42,664 nt of DNA from Candidatus Omnitrophota bacterium. Its GTDB lineage: Bacteria > Omnitrophota > Gorgyraeia > Pluralincolimonadales > Pluralincolimonadaceae. Made by a program: the position numbers and the translations under genes. Below are positions 38,906 through 42,664 of this stretch, one piece after another; the stretch's first letter is position 1; each line of letters starts with the position of its first letter. The stretch is from the NCBI GenBank assembly GCA_903889135.1, contig CAISWF010000044.1:1-42664 (forward strand). Direction: 5' to 3'. A model generated the notes under the pieces. It was not told where the DNA came from, did not search any database, and worked only from the letters and a program-made list of their open reading frames with translations.

Positions 38906-39649
38906 TTAACTTATCTCCATTTCAAAAATCTCCCGTATGTGTTCCGGCGAGAGCAATTCTGAAGTAGTGCCGTAAAGTACTTTTCCTCCGTGCAACCAAA
39001 TAACGTGTTGTGCGTGCTTGCGAACGAGCTCCAGGTCATGTGTCACCAAGAGAGTCGTCAACTTCCGCTCTCGATGGATCTGGGAAATAAACTCCAATAA
39101 CGCGTGAGTCGCTTGAGCGTCCACGCCTGCGGTCGGTTCATCCAGAACGAGCACATCCGGTCGTGTGGCTAATGCCCGTGCGATCAGCACGCGCTGTTTC
39201 TGGCCTCCTGATAGCTCACTAAATTTCTTCTGGGCGAATTCTTCCGCCATTGCCGCGCGTAAACATTCTTTTATAAAAAACCGTTCTTCGCGCGGCACAA
39301 CGCGCCCGGGTTTGACTCGTCCATAAGCCCCCATCAGTACAACATCAAAACCCGTCAATGGATAAAGAGGATCCAAGCGGACCGCCTGCGGTACATAGCC
39401 GAATACAACCGGAACGTTATCCGGAGTGGAAAAACGAACGTAACCGGAGATAGGCGGCTGAAGGCCGAGCAACGTCTTAAGCAGGGTTGATTTCCCTGAT
39501 CCGTTTGCGCCGAGGATGGCGGTAAAACTCGTGCGACAGATCGAGAGCGAAATATCGGAAAGTATGGGTTGGCCTATATAGCCGATACTCAAATTATCAA
39601 AAGTAATGAATGGTTCGCTGCAAACATGCTTACTTAGCGATATATTCAT
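38906..39649 (-). CDS. Metal ABC transporter ATP-binding protein
   Basis: GANGSGKST, GYVPQ, LSGGQKQR, LVLDEPTAGVD, VTHD. Confidence 0.95.
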   Translation of the reverse strand: MNISLSKHVCSEPFITFDNLSIGYIGQPILSDISLSICRTSFTAILGANGSGKSTLLKTLLGLQPPISGYVRFSTPDNVPVVFGYVPQAVRLDPLYPLTGFDVVLMGAYGRVKPGRVVPREERFFIKECLRAAMAEEFAQKKFSELSGGQKQRVLIARALATRPDVLVLDEPTAGVDAQATHALLEFISQIHRERKLTTLLVTHDLELVRKHAQHVIWLHGGKVLYGTTSELLSPEHIREIFEMEIS

Positions 39650-40569
39650 TTTCCCGTTGCCCTCACCATAGTCGTTACGATGTAATCCATCATCTCAATA
39701 TATGTATCCGTATGCGCTACGCCGCCTGGCATAATCGGCAATGTCACAAGCTTGGCGCCGGTCTGTTCGGAGATAAAGGCCGGAACTTTCTCAGGAAACT
39801 GCGGCTCACGGACAACAATTGAAACGTGCTCTGCCTTCATGGAAGTAATCAATTCTTCGATATGGCGAGGCGTCGGGTCGATCCCCGGCTTCAATTCTAC
39901 TGTACCGAAATACACCATACCGAATCTCTCAGCGAAATAGTTCCATTCTTCATGATAGGAAATGAACTTAACGCCTTTCAGGGGCGCAGCTTCCGCTTTC
40001 CATTCGGAGATCTTTGCGTCAAGCTTGGCCAGATAAGCATCGCGGTTACTGGTGAAGGTTGCTTGATCCTGCGGCGAAAAAGTGACCAGTGCATTGTAAA
40101 TATTATGGATCGCGGTCTCAGCCAGCACGGGATCAAGCATATAGTGTGGATTTCCGTAAGGGTGCACGTCGCCTTCCGAATGGTCCGTAGATCTGGGTAC
40201 ATCCACGGGAGCTATGCCCTCTGAGCAGTCCACATAGCCGGGCTGCCCCTTCTGGATGCGCGGATTTCTGCTTGCTTCCAAAAGCGCCGGCAGGAACGCG
40301 TGTTCACAATCAAAACCGACCAACACAATCAGATCCGCCCGATTCATCAAAGGGACAAAGCTCGGTTTCATAGGCACCCCGTGCGTGTCCTCTACTCCGG
40401 TGGCAAGACTATGCACTTCAACTTTATCTCCGCCAATGTTGCGCACCAGATCGGCCAAGTCCGTAAGCGTAGTTACCACCTTGATCTTGGCCGCGTAAGC
40501 GGGTTGCACAACGAACGCAAGACCCGTAATGACAACCAAAAATAACAGGCGTAATGGGTGTTTCTTCAT
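39646..40569 (-). CDS. Metal ABC transporter substrate-binding protein (cluster A-I, ZnuA/TroA-like)
   Basis: Signal peptide; VVTT, EDTH, GDVHPYGNPHYMLDP, SYH, ELKPGIDP. Confidence 0.93.
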   Translation of the reverse strand: MKKHPLRLLFLVVITGLAFVVQPAYAAKIKVVTTLTDLADLVRNIGGDKVEVHSLATGVEDTHGVPMKPSFVPLMNRADLIVLVGFDCEHAFLPALLEASRNPRIQKGQPGYVDCSEGIAPVDVPRSTDHSEGDVHPYGNPHYMLDPVLAETAIHNIYNALVTFSPQDQATFTSNRDAYLAKLDAKISEWKAEAAPLKGVKFISYHEEWNYFAERFGMVYFGTVELKPGIDPTPRHIEELITSMKAEHVSIVVREPQFPEKVPAFISEQTGAKLVTLPIMPGGVAHTDTYIEMMDYIVTTMVRATGK

Positions 40570-40588
40570 GTTTTGATCCTTTCATATA

Positions 40589-40660
40589 AATCCCGATACC
40601 CTTCGGGTACGGGATTAATTCGCGCATGCAACTTACTGTCACTGTCGTTCCGTAAGTTGC
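40589..40660. repeat. Two intergenic hairpins between the porin and binding-protein genes
   Basis: AATCCCG-a-TACCC-ttc-GGGTA-CGGGATT and GCAACTTAC-(15 nt)-GTAAGTTGC. Confidence 0.6.
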
Positions 40661-40667
40661 GCGCTCA

Positions 40668-42107
40668 TTAACGTTGCTGCCATCCGTGTGAATGCGAGCC
40701 GATGATCCATGTCCACTGCAGGTATACAGCGTCATCGTCGCGCAAGCCGGATATCGCGTTATGATCGGTATGGGTGTATTGCAACCGTAATTGATTCCAG
40801 TGGCTGATTGCGTAAGTCAGATAGGCTGAATATGCGTAGGTCCGATCACGCATGTTTTGTTCGTTTTCAAGGAAGTCAAACAATAAGCCTGTCGTCCATT
40901 CCCGGTCAATTTTGTAAGCCAAATACGAATACAGGCCAGTAGAATTGACCGATTTAGAGAACTCATCGCCGCTATCCGGGATGGCATCGGGGTCTGAAAG
41001 ATAGCGATTACCGCTGAATAATACTTCGTTGCCCCATGTAAAGCTGCGGAACTGGTTGTCCCTAAGCGGCACGTAGCGCAATGAAAAATCCATGCCGGCA
41101 AGACGCCGTTCCTTCTCGCTAAGCGTAGAGCCGTCGGGTTGCACTAATGCGCCGCCGCGGTCTACGGTCCGGGGATCAATCAAGCCAGAAACGCCTGTTT
41201 CCACCTGCCAATCAGGAGTCAGATCAAAATAGGTTGATAGACGCCCAAAATAGTTTAGTTCCTTGCCTCCGCGAAAAACGCCGGGATTATTTTGCGGATC
41301 GCCGAATTTATCTCCCAAGCCTGCCGTAAAGTTTACGTAATGCTCGATGGGCAATAACCAACTGACCTGCGCTCCATCCGTTTGCGATTCGCCGCCGATG
41401 TACCGGTCAAGTACCAGCGGACGGTTCACGACCGGAAGTTCGTGGTCATGGATGTATGCTAACCGTCCAAACTCACCGAAGAACCTTCCCCCTTTCAGCG
41501 TCAGGTTCCACGGTAACGAGGTAGTCTGTGCGGCCGCCTCTTCAACCTCCAAATTCGCTTCCCCCGTAATTGGGTCGGCTGAAGCATTGATGACCGCATA
41601 GCCGGTTGCGAAAGGGTCCACCGATGCCGCCACGTTTAATTCTACGGAACGCTGGAATATGTCGAAACCGCCGGGACGATCGCTGCCGGTGGCGGCTGAG
41701 CCGCGCGTACGATATGAGAACAAAGTCTCCCCTACCACTCCGATGGCCGGATTGAACTCGCCTGGCAAACTTTTCTTCTGGGCTTCAATGACCTTATTTA
41801 CTTTCGCGTTGACCTCCTTAATTTGCTCCTGCGTGGCCGCTCCCGCCGGTGGTGTAGATGCAAGCGGAGAGGCCGGCGCCACTACGGTAGAGGGCACAGT
41901 TTTATCCGGAAGGGCAGCAGACTGGGACGAAGTTTCCTTTAAAGAATTAATTTCCTTCTGCTGTGACTCGACTGTACTTTTTAAGCCCTGAACTGCTTGA
42001 GTCAATGTCTTCACCTGTTCTTTTAGCTCGGACATTTCATCGGCAAATGCTGTATTTATTAATAAAAATAAACAGCTAAATAAAATGAGAACGGCTAGAA
42101 TCCTCAT
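40668..42107 (-). CDS. Outer-membrane beta-barrel (zinc-regulated receptor/porin-like) with an N-terminal coiled coil
   Basis: Signal peptide, coiled coil, FNPAIG, ELNVAASVDPF, EVEEA, FGRLAYIHDH, C-terminal LQWTWIIGSHSH; upstream of the metal ABC genes. Confidence 0.8.
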   Translation of the reverse strand: MRILAVLILFSCLFLLINTAFADEMSELKEQVKTLTQAVQGLKSTVESQQKEINSLKETSSQSAALPDKTVPSTVVAPASPLASTPPAGAATQEQIKEVNAKVNKVIEAQKKSLPGEFNPAIGVVGETLFSYRTRGSAATGSDRPGGFDIFQRSVELNVAASVDPFATGYAVINASADPITGEANLEVEEAAAQTTSLPWNLTLKGGRFFGEFGRLAYIHDHELPVVNRPLVLDRYIGGESQTDGAQVSWLLPIEHYVNFTAGLGDKFGDPQNNPGVFRGGKELNYFGRLSTYFDLTPDWQVETGVSGLIDPRTVDRGGALVQPDGSTLSEKERRLAGMDFSLRYVPLRDNQFRSFTWGNEVLFSGNRYLSDPDAIPDSGDEFSKSVNSTGLYSYLAYKIDREWTTGLLFDFLENEQNMRDRTYAYSAYLTYAISHWNQLRLQYTHTDHNAISGLRDDDAVYLQWTWIIGSHSHGWQQR

Positions 42108-42156
42108 AGATTCTCCTTTTTAAATATTAATTTGGTTGGATTTTGGAACTAACGGA

Positions 42157-42441
42157 CTAAAAAGCGGGGGGTGCTCGCGAGGAAAATGACCTTATGCAAA
42201 ATTTGTCTGAAAGGATAGGCTCATTAAAGTGACAAATTATTAAACAAATTATAAAAACAATCAAAAGAAGCGATTCAAAAATAACACTGAATCCTATCGG
42301 GTTAATTGAATGGAATTGACAAAAAGGGCATTCGTCGGCTGAACAATCATCATGATGGACATGCGGAATTCCTGATAATACGGCTATCAGGCTTAAAGAA
42401 AAGAAAACGACGCAAACTACAATAGCTAATGTCTTTTTCAT
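42157..42441 (-). CDS. DUF2946/CruR-like leader protein with His-rich/CxxC segment and C-terminal RAPP motif
   Basis: Hydrophobic N-terminus, PHVHHDDCSADECPFC, C-terminal SSRAPPAF*; 49 nt upstream of the outer-membrane gene. Confidence 0.8.
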   Translation of the reverse strand: MKKTLAIVVCVVFFSLSLIAVLSGIPHVHHDDCSADECPFCQFHSINPIGFSVIFESLLLIVFIICLIICHFNEPILSDKFCIRSFSSRAPPAF

Positions 42442-42442
42442 A

Positions 42443-42479
42443 TTGTTATAATTGTACAGGCCCTAGCCTATTATAACAA
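42443..42479. promoter_or_regulatory. 10-bp inverted repeat overlapping an extended -10 (candidate Zur/Fur-family operator)
   Basis: TTGTTATAAT (42443-42452), 17 bp, ATTATAACAA (42470-42479); each arm contains TGnTATAAT. Confidence 0.45.
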
Positions 42480-42545
42480 GAATTATATGGCTTTAGAGAG
42501 GTATTCCCTACGCCGCCCAATAAATTTTGGTAACGAAAAAGCTCT

Positions 42546-42664
42546 CTAAAAGGTAAAGAGGGTGTCCATGCTGAATGTCAGCTCGTGATTCCGGTCGCTG
42601 TTATTAAAGACCGAGTGGTCGGAACGGTCGTAGCGGAATTCCGGCCGGAAGAGCAAGTTAGAGA
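42546..42664 (-). CDS. 3' end of an outer-membrane beta-barrel porin (BBP2/OmpL-like), partial
   Basis: Hand translation ...SNLLFRPEFRYDRSDHSVFNNSDRNHELTFSMDTLFTF*; RPE.RYD motif and terminal Phe. Confidence 0.72.
   Translation of the reverse strand, partial: SNLLFRPEFRYDRSDHSVFNNSDRNHELTFSMDTLFTF

Noticed and set aside
42492-42550. 9-bp inverted repeat TTTAGAGAG/CTCTCTAAA as mobile-element ends
   Set aside because: Short, overlaps the porin stop codon, with no transposase or target duplication.

Overview
Gene-dense window, almost all on the minus strand, from an anaerobic diderm bacterium (OmpA and porin genes present; the pilin style suggests Candidatus Omnitrophota, by inference only). 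In coordinate order it holds: (1) a secreted carbohydrate-binding-like protein divergent from a type IV pilin; (2) a self-contained [FeFe]-hydrogenase locus (hydC-hydD-hydB-hydA of group A3 type, then a TM1266-family regulator, aspA, hydF, hydG, hydE); (3) a LOG/two-component/CcdA/TPR operon; (4) pgi; (5) a c-di-GMP region (GGDEF-PilZ, OmpA-LysM, Cache-only sensor, DRE-TIM aldolase, CocE hydrolase, HD-GYP); (6) a three-gene glycosylation cassette; (7) a redox cluster (ferredoxin, Tpx-PCD fusion, two response regulators, korAB, azoR); (8) a KdpD lacking its phospho-His and ATPase domain, next to a tandem four-helix-bundle protein; (9) a metal-uptake operon (porin plus ABC transporter) led by a His/CxxC/RAPP small ORF. 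No rRNA, tRNA, CRISPR array or transposase was seen. Best leads: a terminator/antiterminator RNA switch between hydA and the maturation genes that matches no riboswitch I recognise, a split Cache/OmpA-LysM/cyclase signalling module, a RAPP arrest-type leader ORF, a KdpD pseudokinase and a Tpx-PCD fusion.
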